A DNA stretch of 64,000 bases from Candidatus Dormiibacterota bacterium (GTDB taxonomy: Bacteria > Chloroflexota > Dormibacteria > Aeolococcales > Aeolococcaceae). The notes under the pieces are model-generated. The model was not told the DNA's origin, made no database searches, and saw nothing but the letters and a program-made list of their open reading frames with translations. The stretch spans positions 17,403 through 81,402 of the forward strand of contig JAFARE010000009.1 of assembly GCA_019245575.1 (NCBI GenBank), read 5' to 3'. Position numbers and translations under genes: made by a program. Position 1 is the stretch's first letter. Each line of letters begins with the position of its first letter. Positions 27,545 to 36,675 of this stretch are shown in pieces.

Positions 27545-30500
27545 GCGGCGGGGCGTGCTCGCGCTCGAGTCGGGTGCGACGTTCGAGGGCGTGCTCTTCG
27601 CCGCACCGCCGGACGGCGCCGTCCACGGCGAGGTGGTCTTCAACACCTGCATGACGGGCTACCAGGAGGTGCTCACCGACCCGTCGTACGCCGGCCAGAT
27701 GGTGGTCATGACCTACCCGCTTATCGGGAACTACGGATGTCGCGACGACACCGCTGAGTCGTACCGAGTGCACAGCCGCGCGCTGCTGGTGCGCGAGCTG
27801 TCACCGGACATCGGTCACGGCCGCGCCGAGCGGTCGCTGGAGGAGGAGCTGGCGCGCGCCGGTGTCGCGGGCATGCGTGGTGTGGACACTCGCGCGTTGA
27901 CACGCCACCTGCGCGACCGAGGGACGCTGCGCGGCGTCATCGCCGCTGCGGACGCGGCATCGCACGCGGAGCTCGTTGCGGCTGCCCAGTCGGCGCCGCA
28001 CGTGAGCGACGAGGACCTGGTCGGCGAGGTGTCGCTGCGCGAGCCCTGGGTGCGCTTCGCGGAGCGCCTCGACCCCACGCTCCATCGCGGTGTCGAGCTG
28101 GCAGGGACGGCTGACGCGTTCCGCGGCACGCGAGTCGTGGTGGTGGACTACGGCGTGAAGCGCAACCAGCTTCGCGCGCTGTGCAGCCGCGGTGTCGACG
28201 TGATCCTTGTGCGGCAGGACGCGCGCCTCGACGACGTGATGCGCCACGAGCCCCACGGCGTCATCCTGTCCAACGGCCCTGGTGATCCGTCGCGCCTGCC
28301 TCACGCAGTGCAGCTCTGCCGCGAGCTGCTCGACCGGCGAGTGCCGATGCTCGGCATCTGCCTGGGACACCAGATCCTCGGGCAGGCAGCGGGGGCGTCG
28401 ACGTCGCGGCTGAAGTTCGGCCACCACGGCGGCAACCACCCGGTGCGCGACGACGCCGGCGGCGCCGTCTATGTCACGTCGCAGAACCACGAGTTCCAGG
28501 TGGATGCGGCATCGTTGCCTCACAACTCCGGCTGGTACGTCAGCGAGCGCAACCTGAACGACGGCTCCGTCGAAGGGCTCCGCCACCGCGAGCTGCCCGC
28601 CTTCAGCGTCCAGTACCATCCGGAAGGAGCACCAGGCCCCCAAGATCGCGCCGGCGTCTTCGACGAATTCCTGGAGATGTGCGTCGATGCGCGGGGGTGG
28701 GCCATGCGTCGGCGGCGAGTTCCGGGTGCGAGCGAGGACCGCGCCAGCATTGCCGGAGGCGATGGCGCGGGACGAGCCGCAGCCCGGGTGTCTGAGCAAG
28801 ACGATGCATGGCCCACCCCCGCGGAGACCACATCGTCCGATTCGGCGAAAACGCCGGTCGATAAGCCGCAGTGCGTACTCGTCATCGGTAGTGGGCCCGT
28901 CGTCATCGGTCAGGCCGCGGAGTTCGACTACGCGGGCACGCAGGCGTGCAAGGCCTTGCGCGAGGAGGGCGTGCGGGTCGTGCTCGTGAACAGCAACCCG
29001 GCGACGATCATGACCGACGACTCCTCAGCGGACGCGGTGTACGTCGAGCCGCTGACCCTCGACGTGCTGGAGCGTGTCATCGAGCAGGAGCGCCCCGACG
29101 GGCTGCTGGCGACGCTCGGCGGCCAGACCGGGCTGAACCTCGCGGTGGCGCTCGACGACGCGGGGATCCTGAGGAAGCACGGCGTGCGTGTGCTGGGCAC
29201 ACCGCTGAGCGCGATCCGCTCGGCGGAGGACCGCGAGCTGTTCAAGGAGCTGTTGCGATCGATCGGCGAGCCGGTGCCGACGTCGCGGACGGTTTCCACG
29301 CTGGCGGAGGCGCGCGCATTCCGTGAACGCGAGGGTTTGCCGCTGGTGGTGCGGCCGGCGTTCACGCTGGGCGGCACGGGCGGCGGACTCTGCGAGACGG
29401 ACGAGCGGTTTCTCGAGATCGTTGCCGCCGGTCTCGCCGCGTCGCCGATCAACCAGGTGCTGGTGGAGCGGTCGCTCGCCGGCTGGCGTGAGATCGAGTA
29501 CGAGGTGATGCGCGACGCAGCCGGCACGTGCATCACCGTCTGCAACATGGAGAACCTCGACCCGATGGGCGTGCACACGGGCGACTCGATGGTGGTCGCT
29601 CCATCGCAGACGCTCACCGACCGCGAGCACCAGCAGCTGCGCAGCGCAGCCCTGCGCATCATCAGCGCGCTGGAGATCGCGGGCGGTTGCAACGTGCAGT
29701 TCGCGCTGGCGCCGGACTCGCACGAGTACCACGTCATCGAGGTCAACCCTCGCGTGTCGCGGTCCTCCGCGCTGGCCTCGAAGGCCACGGGACATCCCAT
29801 CGCTCGCGTTGCGGCGAAGATCGCCGCCGGGCGGCGCCTCGATGAGATTCCCAACGCGGTCACGGGCAAGACGTGCGCCGCATTCGAGCCCGCCCTCGAC
29901 TACTGCGTGGTGAAGATCCCGCGCTGGCCGTTCGACAAGTTCCCCGACGCGGATCGGCGGCTGGGCACGCAGATGAAATCGACCGGTGAGGTGATGGCCA
30001 TCGAGCGGTCGTTCGAGGCGGCGTTCAGCAAGGCACTCCGGTCGCTCGAGCAGACGCCGCCGGACCCGTCGCTCCTGCACGAGCCGGTGCTGGTGGACGT
30101 CGCCAACGACCGGCGCGCATTCGCGATCCTGGAGGCGCTGCGCGGCGGCGAGGACCCGGTGGCGGTCGCCGGGCGCAGCGGCATCGGCGCGTGGTTCCTG
30201 CGCCGGCTCGCCGCCATCGTCGAGTGCGAGGAGCGCCTCCGGTGGAACGGCCTCGACGACGACGCGCTGCGCATGGCCAAGCGGTATGCGCTGAACGACG
30301 CGCGCATCGCATCGCTCACGGGAACCACGGACGCGGCCGTGCGGGCGCGACGGGGCGAGCTGCGGCTCCAACCGGTGTACAAGTGCGTCGACACCTGCGC
30401 TGCGGAGTTCGAGGCGGCGACACCGTACTTCTACTCGACGTTCGAGGTGGAGAACGAGAGCCGTCCTGCAGCGGGCGGCCGTGAATCCGTCGTCGTCGTG

Positions 30501-32123
30501 GGCAGCGGTCCCATCCGCATCGGCCAGGGGATCGAGTTCGACTACTGCAGCGTGCAGGCAGCCGCATCGCTGCGCGCGCACGACGTCGACTCCGTGATGG
30601 TGAACAGCAATCCCGAGACGGTGAGCACCGATTTCGACTGCAGCTCGCGCCTCTATTTCGAACCCCTCGACGAGGAGGCGGTGGCCGCGGTCATCGAGGA
30701 GGAGCGCGCCGGTGGCGCCGTGGTGCAGTTCGGCGGCCAGACCGCCGTGAACCTCGCCGCACCGCTGCACCGCCGCGGGGTGCGCGTGCTCGGCACGCCC
30801 GTCGACGCCATCGACACCGCCGAGGATCGCCGCGCGTTCGAGGCGCTGATGCGTGAGCTGGAGATCCCGCAGCCGCACGGCGCCGCCACCCTGGACCTGG
30901 CGGAGGCGATGGCAATCGGCGAGCGCATCGGCTACCCGGTGCTGGTGCGGCCGTCGTTCGTCCTCGGCGGACGCGCCATGGAGATCGTGCACGGGCCCGA
31001 GTCGCTGCGGCGTTACATGGACGCGGCCATGGCGGCGCTGCCGACGGAGGGTGGCGAGCGGCGCGGCGCGGTGCTCATCGACCGCTATCTCTTCGGGACC
31101 GAGCTGGACGTGGACGCCGTCGCCGACGGCGAGACCGTCGTGATTCCCGGCCTCATGGAGCACGTGGAACGCGCCGGCGTGCACAGCGGCGACTCGATGG
31201 CCGCCTATCCCGCGCGCATGCTGAGCGACGAGGTGCGCAACCGCATCGTGGAGCACACGGTGAGCATCGCCCGCGCGCTGGGTGTGCGCGGGCTCTGCAA
31301 CATCCAGTTCGTCGTCTACCGCGGTGTGCCGCACGTGCTCGAGGTCAATCCGCGCGCCTCGCGCACGGTCCCGTTCCTCAGCAAGGTGACCGGCGTTCCC
31401 ATGGTGGAGCTGGCCACCCGCGTTATGCGCGGCGAGACGCTGCTCGACCTGGGCTGGACCACGGGACTCGTGCCCGCCCGCCCGCTCGTCGCCGTAAAGG
31501 CGCCCGTCTTCTCCACGGTCAAGCTCACCGAGGTGGACACCGCGCTGGGTCCGGAGATGAAGTCCACCGGCGAGGTGATGGGCATCGATGTCGACCTCGG
31601 CGCCGCGCTGGAGAAGGCATTTCTCGCCGCGCTCGGCGGCGTCCCCCTGGGTGGCGGCGCGCTGTGCAGCGTGGCCGACGTCGACAAGGCGGACGCCCTG
31701 CCGATCCTGGCCCAGCTCAGCGCGCTGGGCTTCACGCTCTACGCCACCGCGGGCACCGCTCGCGCCCTGGCCGACGCCGGCGTGAGCGCGGTGCCGGTGG
31801 GGAAGATCGGGCACGGCCGGCCCAACGTCATCGATGTGATCGAGGAGGGGCGCGTGTCGCTGGTGGTGAACACGGTGTCGCACCTGGGCACGGACGAGAT
31901 GGAGTACGGCGGCGACGGCCGCGCGGCGATGGCTGCGGGCCGCACGGTGAAGGACGGTTACCGCATCCGCCTCGCGGCGGAGCAGCGGCGTGTTCCCTGC
32001 TGCACGTCGCTGGACACCGCGGCGGCGCTGGTCGATGCGATCAGCCGTCACCTCGGCGGGGCCAGTGTGCGCGTCGCGCAGGTGCGCTCCTACCGCGAGG
32101 GCCTGGTGAGCGCGACCTCATGA
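27537..32123 (+). CDS. carAB: carbamoyl-phosphate synthase with small (CarA) and large (CarB) subunits fused in one 1528-aa ORF
   Basis: aa 1-~386 are CarA (GICLGHQ Cys, VQYHPEGAPGP His/Glu). aa ~387-445 form a low-complexity linker. aa 446-1528 are CarB (VLVIGSGPVVIGQAAEFDYAGTQ..., two ATP-grasp halves, MGS-like tail). There is no in-frame stop between the domains. Confidence 0.85.
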   Translation: MSERRGVLALESGATFEGVLFAAPPDGAVHGEVVFNTCMTGYQEVLTDPSYAGQMVVMTYPLIGNYGCRDDTAESYRVHSRALLVRELSPDIGHGRAERSLEEELARAGVAGMRGVDTRALTRHLRDRGTLRGVIAAADAASHAELVAAAQSAPHVSDEDLVGEVSLREPWVRFAERLDPTLHRGVELAGTADAFRGTRVVVVDYGVKRNQLRALCSRGVDVILVRQDARLDDVMRHEPHGVILSNGPGDPSRLPHAVQLCRELLDRRVPMLGICLGHQILGQAAGASTSRLKFGHHGGNHPVRDDAGGAVYVTSQNHEFQVDAASLPHNSGWYVSERNLNDGSVEGLRHRELPAFSVQYHPEGAPGPQDRAGVFDEFLEMCVDARGWAMRRRRVPGASEDRASIAGGDGAGRAAARVSEQDDAWPTPAETTSSDSAKTPVDKPQCVLVIGSGPVVIGQAAEFDYAGTQACKALREEGVRVVLVNSNPATIMTDDSSADAVYVEPLTLDVLERVIEQERPDGLLATLGGQTGLNLAVALDDAGILRKHGVRVLGTPLSAIRSAEDRELFKELLRSIGEPVPTSRTVSTLAEARAFREREGLPLVVRPAFTLGGTGGGLCETDERFLEIVAAGLAASPINQVLVERSLAGWREIEYEVMRDAAGTCITVCNMENLDPMGVHTGDSMVVAPSQTLTDREHQQLRSAALRIISALEIAGGCNVQFALAPDSHEYHVIEVNPRVSRSSALASKATGHPIARVAAKIAAGRRLDEIPNAVTGKTCAAFEPALDYCVVKIPRWPFDKFPDADRRLGTQMKSTGEVMAIERSFEAAFSKALRSLEQTPPDPSLLHEPVLVDVANDRRAFAILEALRGGEDPVAVAGRSGIGAWFLRRLAAIVECEERLRWNGLDDDALRMAKRYALNDARIASLTGTTDAAVRARRGELRLQPVYKCVDTCAAEFEAATPYFYSTFEVENESRPAAGGRESVVVVGSGPIRIGQGIEFDYCSVQAAASLRAHDVDSVMVNSNPETVSTDFDCSSRLYFEPLDEEAVAAVIEEERAGGAVVQFGGQTAVNLAAPLHRRGVRVLGTPVDAIDTAEDRRAFEALMRELEIPQPHGAATLDLAEAMAIGERIGYPVLVRPSFVLGGRAMEIVHGPESLRRYMDAAMAALPTEGGERRGAVLIDRYLFGTELDVDAVADGETVVIPGLMEHVERAGVHSGDSMAAYPARMLSDEVRNRIVEHTVSIARALGVRGLCNIQFVVYRGVPHVLEVNPRASRTVPFLSKVTGVPMVELATRVMRGETLLDLGWTTGLVPARPLVAVKAPVFSTVKLTEVDTALGPEMKSTGEVMGIDVDLGAALEKAFLAALGGVPLGGGALCSVADVDKADALPILAQLSALGFTLYATAGTARALADAGVSAVPVGKIGHGRPNVIDVIEEGRVSLVVNTVSHLGTDEMEYGGDGRAAMAAGRTVKDGYRIRLAAEQRRVPCCTSLDTAAALVDAISRHLGGASVRVAQVRSYREGLVSATS

Positions 32124-32962
32124 GCGCGACGCTCGACGCGCGGGTGGAGCACGGGCCCATCGTGAGTGTCGAGCGCTTCGGCCATCTCGTGGAGCTGACG
32201 GCGCGGCTGCCGGCGCTGGCGAGCGCGGTGCGACCCGGCCAGTTCGCGCAGCTGCGCTGCAGCGCCACAACCGTGCCGCTGCTGCGCCGACCATTCAGCG
32301 TCGCCTGGACCGACGGTGACCTCTGCACGTTCGTCCTCGACGAGGTGGGCGTCGGCACGCGCCTGCTGGCCGCGATGCAGCCGGATGCCGAGCTGGACGC
32401 GCTCGGGCCGCTGGGCGCCGGGTTCACGGTCGTCCACGAGGCGGGGCATGCCGTCTGCGTCTCCGGAGGCGTCGGATGCGCCCCGTTCCCGCTCCTGGTG
32501 CGCGAGCTGCGCCGCGCCGGTGTTGCAGACATCACTGTCTTGAACGGCGCTGCGTCTGCCGCAAAGCTGTACCCGCCTGAACGCTTCCAGCGTGGCGACA
32601 CCGCGGTGCACGTGGCCGAGGCCACCGACGACGGCAGCCGCGGGCGGCATGGCCGCGTGACCGACCTGCTCGACCTGGCCCCGGCTCCCGCTGCGGTCTA
32701 TGCGTGCGGCCCCAATGCGATGCTCGCGTCGCTGGCCGCGGCGCTCGACAGCATCGGCCTGACCAGAGACACGGTTGCCGAGGCGTCGCTTGAGGCGCCC
32801 ATGGGCTGCGGCTTCGGCACGTGCCTCGGCTGCGCCCTTCCGGTGCGCCGCGCCGACGACGAGGCTGCATGGGCGCTGTGCTGCACCGACGGCCCGGTGA
32901 TGCGCATGCGCGATGTCGACTGGCACGAGCTGTCCCTGCTCCCTGGAGCGGATGTCGCTTGA
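32120..32962 (+). CDS. pyrK: dihydroorotate dehydrogenase electron-transfer subunit (PyrK)
   Basis: RRPFSV FAD motif and a C-terminal 2Fe-2S cluster motif MGCGFGTCLGCA...CTDGP. ATGA overlap with the carAB stop. Confidence 0.85.
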   Translation: MSATLDARVEHGPIVSVERFGHLVELTARLPALASAVRPGQFAQLRCSATTVPLLRRPFSVAWTDGDLCTFVLDEVGVGTRLLAAMQPDAELDALGPLGAGFTVVHEAGHAVCVSGGVGCAPFPLLVRELRRAGVADITVLNGAASAAKLYPPERFQRGDTAVHVAEATDDGSRGRHGRVTDLLDLAPAPAAVYACGPNAMLASLAAALDSIGLTRDTVAEASLEAPMGCGFGTCLGCALPVRRADDEAAWALCCTDGPVMRMRDVDWHELSLLPGADVA

Positions 32963-32973
32963 CGCCGCTCGAC

Positions 32974-33849
32974 ATGCGCGTCGATCTCGGGCGCGGCCTG
33001 GCGCTGCCCAACCCCGTGGGCCTTGCCAGCGGAACCGCTGGATACGGGTTCGAGCTGCGCAACCTGATCGACCTCGATCGCCTCGGCGCCCTGTTCACCA
33101 AGGGCACGACGCGGCTCTCGCGAAGCGGCAACGCTCCGCCGCGTGTTGCGGAGACGTCCGGCGGCGGCCTGCTCAACAGCATCGGCCTGCAGAACCCGGG
33201 CGTCGAGTGGGTCGCGACCCAGTACGCGCCACGCTTCGCCGAGTGGCGCGTGCCGGTCGTGGTCAACGTCGCCGGTGAGAACGAGGCGGACTACGTGCAC
33301 TGCGTGCGCCGCCTCGAAGGGGTGGCCGGCGTGGCCGGCATCGAGCTGAACATCTCCTGCCCCAACATCGCGCACGGCATGGACTTCGGCAGGGACGCGG
33401 GCGCGGCCGCGCGACTGGTTGAGGCGGTGCGCGCCGTCACGGTGCGCCACGTCATGGTGAAGCTCAGCCCCAACGTCACGGACATCGCTGCAGTGGCGCG
33501 CGCGGTGCAGGACAGCGGCGCTGACTCGGTGTCTGCGGTGAACACGTATGTGGGCATGAAGATCCATCGCCGAAGTGGGCGCCCGGTGCTGCCCGACGGC
33601 ACCGGTGGCCTGAGCGGTCCGGCGATCCAGCCGCTGGCACTCGCCGCCGTCGCCGCGGTGCGAGCGGCGGTGACCATCCCCGTCGTCGGCGTGGGCGGGA
33701 TCGTCGACGCCGCGTCCGCCAACGACTTCCTCCTCGTGGGCGCGCAGGCGGTGCAGGTCGGAACGGCGACGTTCGTCGATCCCAACACGGCCCTGCACGT
33801 GCTGCAGGGCATCACAGCGCTGCGCGGCGCGCACACCGTCTCCGGCTGA
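32974..33849 (+). CDS. pyrD: dihydroorotate dehydrogenase catalytic subunit (class 1B)
   Basis: LALPNPVGLASGTAGYG, NSIGLQNPG, ELNISCPN, GGLSGPAI, VGVGGI. ATG 32974 chosen; an in-frame TTG at 32959 (TTGA overlap) is an alternative. Confidence 0.9.
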   Translation: MRVDLGRGLALPNPVGLASGTAGYGFELRNLIDLDRLGALFTKGTTRLSRSGNAPPRVAETSGGGLLNSIGLQNPGVEWVATQYAPRFAEWRVPVVVNVAGENEADYVHCVRRLEGVAGVAGIELNISCPNIAHGMDFGRDAGAAARLVEAVRAVTVRHVMVKLSPNVTDIAAVARAVQDSGADSVSAVNTYVGMKIHRRSGRPVLPDGTGGLSGPAIQPLALAAVAAVRAAVTIPVVGVGGIVDAASANDFLLVGAQAVQVGTATFVDPNTALHVLQGITALRGAHTVSG

Positions 33850-34142
33850 TGCTGCTCGGCGCGATCGTCCTCTGCTTCCTCGTGCTCCTCGTGCTGATCA
33901 CCGACCGCGCGGGATCACGTCTCTTTCACGGCGACTCCCACAGCGTCTTCTATCGCTGCGAGGCGTGCGGGCTGCGCTATCCCCGCCGCGAGATCGCGGA
34001 CCCAGGGCTCCGCATCTGCCCCGCCGGGCATCCGATCGCACTCGAGGAATCGCACACGGCCGCCGGTGTGGTGGGAATCTTCGCGTGCATCGGGTTTCTC
34101 GGCGTGGCGCTCGTGCTCTTCATCATCGGTGTCGGGCACTGA
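33849..34142 (+). CDS. hypothetical small membrane protein with a Cys/His zinc-ribbon-like loop
   Basis: 97 aa: TM helix (LLGAIVLCFLVLLVLI), then YRCEACGLRYPRREIADPGLRICPAGH, then a second TM helix (VVGIFACIGFLGVALVLFII). TGATG overlap with pyrD. Confidence 0.55.
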   Translation: MLLGAIVLCFLVLLVLITDRAGSRLFHGDSHSVFYRCEACGLRYPRREIADPGLRICPAGHPIALEESHTAAGVVGIFACIGFLGVALVLFIIGVGH

Positions 34143-34154
34143 GCAGGAGCTGGC

Positions 34155-34760
34155 TCACAGCCAGCCGTTGGACTGTGCTTGGCGCACCGCCTCGATTCGG
34201 TTGCGCGCGCCGGTCTTCTGTATCGCCGACGAGAGGTAGTTGCGCACCGTCCCCTCGGAGAGGAACAGCCGCGCGGCGATCGTCGCGATGGTCGAACCGT
34301 CCACGGCAGCGCCGAGCACGTCGCGCTCCCGCTCCGTGAGCGGATTGGGTCCCGCAGTGAGCGCTGCCACAGCGAGCACCGGGTCGATGACGCGCTCGCC
34401 CGCCACCGCGCGGCGGATCGCGGCGGCGAGCTCCTCCGCTGGGCCGTCCTTGACGATGAAGCCGGAGGCACCGGCGTCCATCGCGCGGCGCAGATAACCG
34501 GGACGGCCGAACGCCGTGAGCATGAGGATCGTGCACTGCGGCAATGCGTCGTGCAGCGCCGCTGCGGCGGCGATGCCGTCCAGCCCGGGCATCTCGATGT
34601 CGAGCAGCGCGACGTCCGGCTGCGCGCGCCGCGCGGCGCTCATCACCTCGTCCCCGCGGCCCACCTGGGCCACCACGTCGATGTCGTCCTCGAGCGCGAG
34701 CAGCGTGGACAGTGCGCCGCGCACCATGCCCTGGTCCTCGGCGATGAGGACGCGGATCAC
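34155..34760 (-). CDS. NarL/LuxR-family response regulator
   Basis: REC domain (VLIAEDQGMVR...DVALLDIEMPGLDG) plus a LuxR HTH (LTERERDVL...IAARLFLSEGTVRNYLS). Confidence 0.9.
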   Translation of the reverse strand: MIRVLIAEDQGMVRGALSTLLALEDDIDVVAQVGRGDEVMSAARRAQPDVALLDIEMPGLDGIAAAAALHDALPQCTILMLTAFGRPGYLRRAMDAGASGFIVKDGPAEELAAAIRRAVAGERVIDPVLAVAALTAGPNPLTERERDVLGAAVDGSTIATIAARLFLSEGTVRNYLSSAIQKTGARNRIEAVRQAQSNGWL

Positions 34761-35899
34761 CGCGCGGCGGGAACCGTTGCGCTGAGGCGGAAGCCGCCCT
34801 CACGGTCCGCCTCCGCGTCGAGCGTGCCGCCGACCTGGGCCATGCGCTCGCGAAGTCCGCGGATGCCGTTGCCGTTGCGCGTATCGACCGCGCCGTTGGC
34901 GCCCGCGCCGTCGTCGCGCAGCTCGAAACGCACGCCGCCGCCGGCGGGAACGATGGTGATCCAGCAGCGCTGCGCATGGCTGTGGCGGAGGACGTTGCTC
35001 ACGCCCTCGCGCACCGCCCAGGCGAGCGCGCCGTCGACGTCGCGAGGCAGTGAGCCCGCTTCCTGACGCACGTCGAGTGCGATGCCGGCGGCCCCGAGCA
35101 CCTCGGCGGCGCCGCGCAGCTCACCGCTGAGCGACTGTTCGCGATACCCGGCCACCATCTCGCGGACCTCGCGCAGCGATGCGTGAGTCACCTCCTCGAC
35201 GTCGGCAAGCGAGGCACGCGCCTCTCCGGGGTCGTTGTCCATGGTGCGGCGCGCCACCTGCGCCTTGAGTGCGATCACGCTGAGGCTGTGGCCGAGCACG
35301 TCGTGCAGGTCGCGCGCGATCCGCAGCCGCTCATCCGAGACGGCGAGGCGCGCGACCTCCTCGCGGGCCTCACGCAGGTCCGCGAACAGGCCCAGCATGC
35401 GCCGCCAGAACACCATCATCACGCCGAGTCCGACGGTCAGCAGATACAGGTCCCAGTTCGCCGCCACGTCGAGCCGGTCCACCCACACAACAGCGACCTG
35501 GAGCCCGGCAAGCCCGAGGATCGCCGCATAGGCAAGCAGGTCGGGCAGGACTGCGCCCGTGGCAACGGCGAGATAGATGATGCCGCCGACCCAGTTGCCG
35601 CCAAAGATGACTGTAATGGGGATGGTCATCGCGTACAGCACCGCCAGCCCTACGGCGGATCGGAGCTGAGGCCGGCGCGGATCGCGGTTGAGCGCGGTCC
35701 ACATGGTCCGCAGGTACACGAACACGAACGCCGCCAGCCAGATCGCCGCCAGCGCCGCCCGCCAGGCGGCGTAGTGGTTGTTCACGATGTCGGTGACCGG
35801 GTAGATCAGGAACAGCAGCCACACGGCGAACCACACCAAGCGCAGGCGCCGGCTGGCGAACGCACGCTCCCTCGAGGAAGGCGCGGCGGCGGGCCTCAC
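34757..35899 (-). CDS. sensor histidine kinase (HisKA_3 / DesK-like)
   Basis: Multi-TM N-terminus, H-box RIARDLHDVLGHSLS, and an HATPase_c tail (GNGIRGLRERM). GTGA overlap with the response regulator. Confidence 0.85.
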   Translation of the reverse strand: MRPAAAPSSRERAFASRRLRLVWFAVWLLFLIYPVTDIVNNHYAAWRAALAAIWLAAFVFVYLRTMWTALNRDPRRPQLRSAVGLAVLYAMTIPITVIFGGNWVGGIIYLAVATGAVLPDLLAYAAILGLAGLQVAVVWVDRLDVAANWDLYLLTVGLGVMMVFWRRMLGLFADLREAREEVARLAVSDERLRIARDLHDVLGHSLSVIALKAQVARRTMDNDPGEARASLADVEEVTHASLREVREMVAGYREQSLSGELRGAAEVLGAAGIALDVRQEAGSLPRDVDGALAWAVREGVSNVLRHSHAQRCWITIVPAGGGVRFELRDDGAGANGAVDTRNGNGIRGLRERMAQVGGTLDAEADREGGFRLSATVPAAR

Positions 35900-35937
35900 G
35901 ATGTGATCCTACCGATGCCGCCGCAGCATGGCGGTGC

Positions 35938-36675
35938 TCAGGCGCGCTGCCGGAGCCGCCGCGCCGCAAAGGCGGCGATGACGGCGGCGCCGATGAACCA
36001 CGCCAGGAGCACGGCCATGTCGGCGGCCTGCGGCGCCTCGCCGCGCGCGACCGCCCAGGCGAGCTGCGCCAGGTGGTTCGAGGGGAGGATGTGGGCCACC
36101 GTCTGCAGCGGAGCGGGCATGATGCTCGCCGGCATCCAGAGGCCTCCCAGCGCGGCGAGCACGAGGTACAGGATGCTGCTCACGGTCTGCGCGCTGTCGC
36201 CGTCCGCGAGGCAGCCGACGATCAGGCCCATCGCGGCGAAGGGGATGCATCCCAGCACCAGCACGCCGACCATCGCGCTCCACTCCCAGGGCGCCAGTCC
36301 GACGTTTCGGACAAGTGCTGCCACAACGAATGTGATCAGGATGGCGGGCAGGCTGAGGGCCATGGCCGCGAGCACGCGCACGGCGAGCACCCGGCGGCCG
36401 GACAGCGGCGTGAGGCTGAGCTGGCGCAGCCACCCGGTCTGGCGGTCGTACGCAAGGCGTGCTCCGCTGCCCATGAGCACGCCGCCCATGGCGCCGAATG
36501 ACGCCATGGCCACCATGATCGCGACCTTCGAGGGCAGGCCCTCAGCGGCATCCGCCGCAGAGGCGAACACCGTCGAGAAGAGCAGATATGCGGCGACCGG
36601 CCAGCCGACCACCAGCGCCAGGTAGCGCTTGTCACGGACCGTGCGGCGCAGCTCGAGCGTCAAGTACTGGCTCAT
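35938..36675 (-). CDS. ABC-2 type transporter permease
   Basis: 245 aa, six hydrophobic helices, ABC-2 family-like; ATGA-coupled to the ATPase gene. Confidence 0.8.
   Translation of the reverse strand: MSQYLTLELRRTVRDKRYLALVVGWPVAAYLLFSTVFASAADAAEGLPSKVAIMVAMASFGAMGGVLMGSGARLAYDRQTGWLRQLSLTPLSGRRVLAVRVLAAMALSLPAILITFVVAALVRNVGLAPWEWSAMVGVLVLGCIPFAAMGLIVGCLADGDSAQTVSSILYLVLAALGGLWMPASIMPAPLQTVAHILPSNHLAQLAWAVARGEAPQAADMAVLLAWFIGAAVIAAFAARRLRQRA

Noticed and set aside
28687-28989. 100-aa alternative-frame ORF inside the carA-carB linker that could indicate a separate small gene.
   Set aside because: It has no homology or motif. It overlaps the start of the CarB domain, whose frame is unambiguous. 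GC3 in the linker is ambiguous in all frames, so it gives no independent support.
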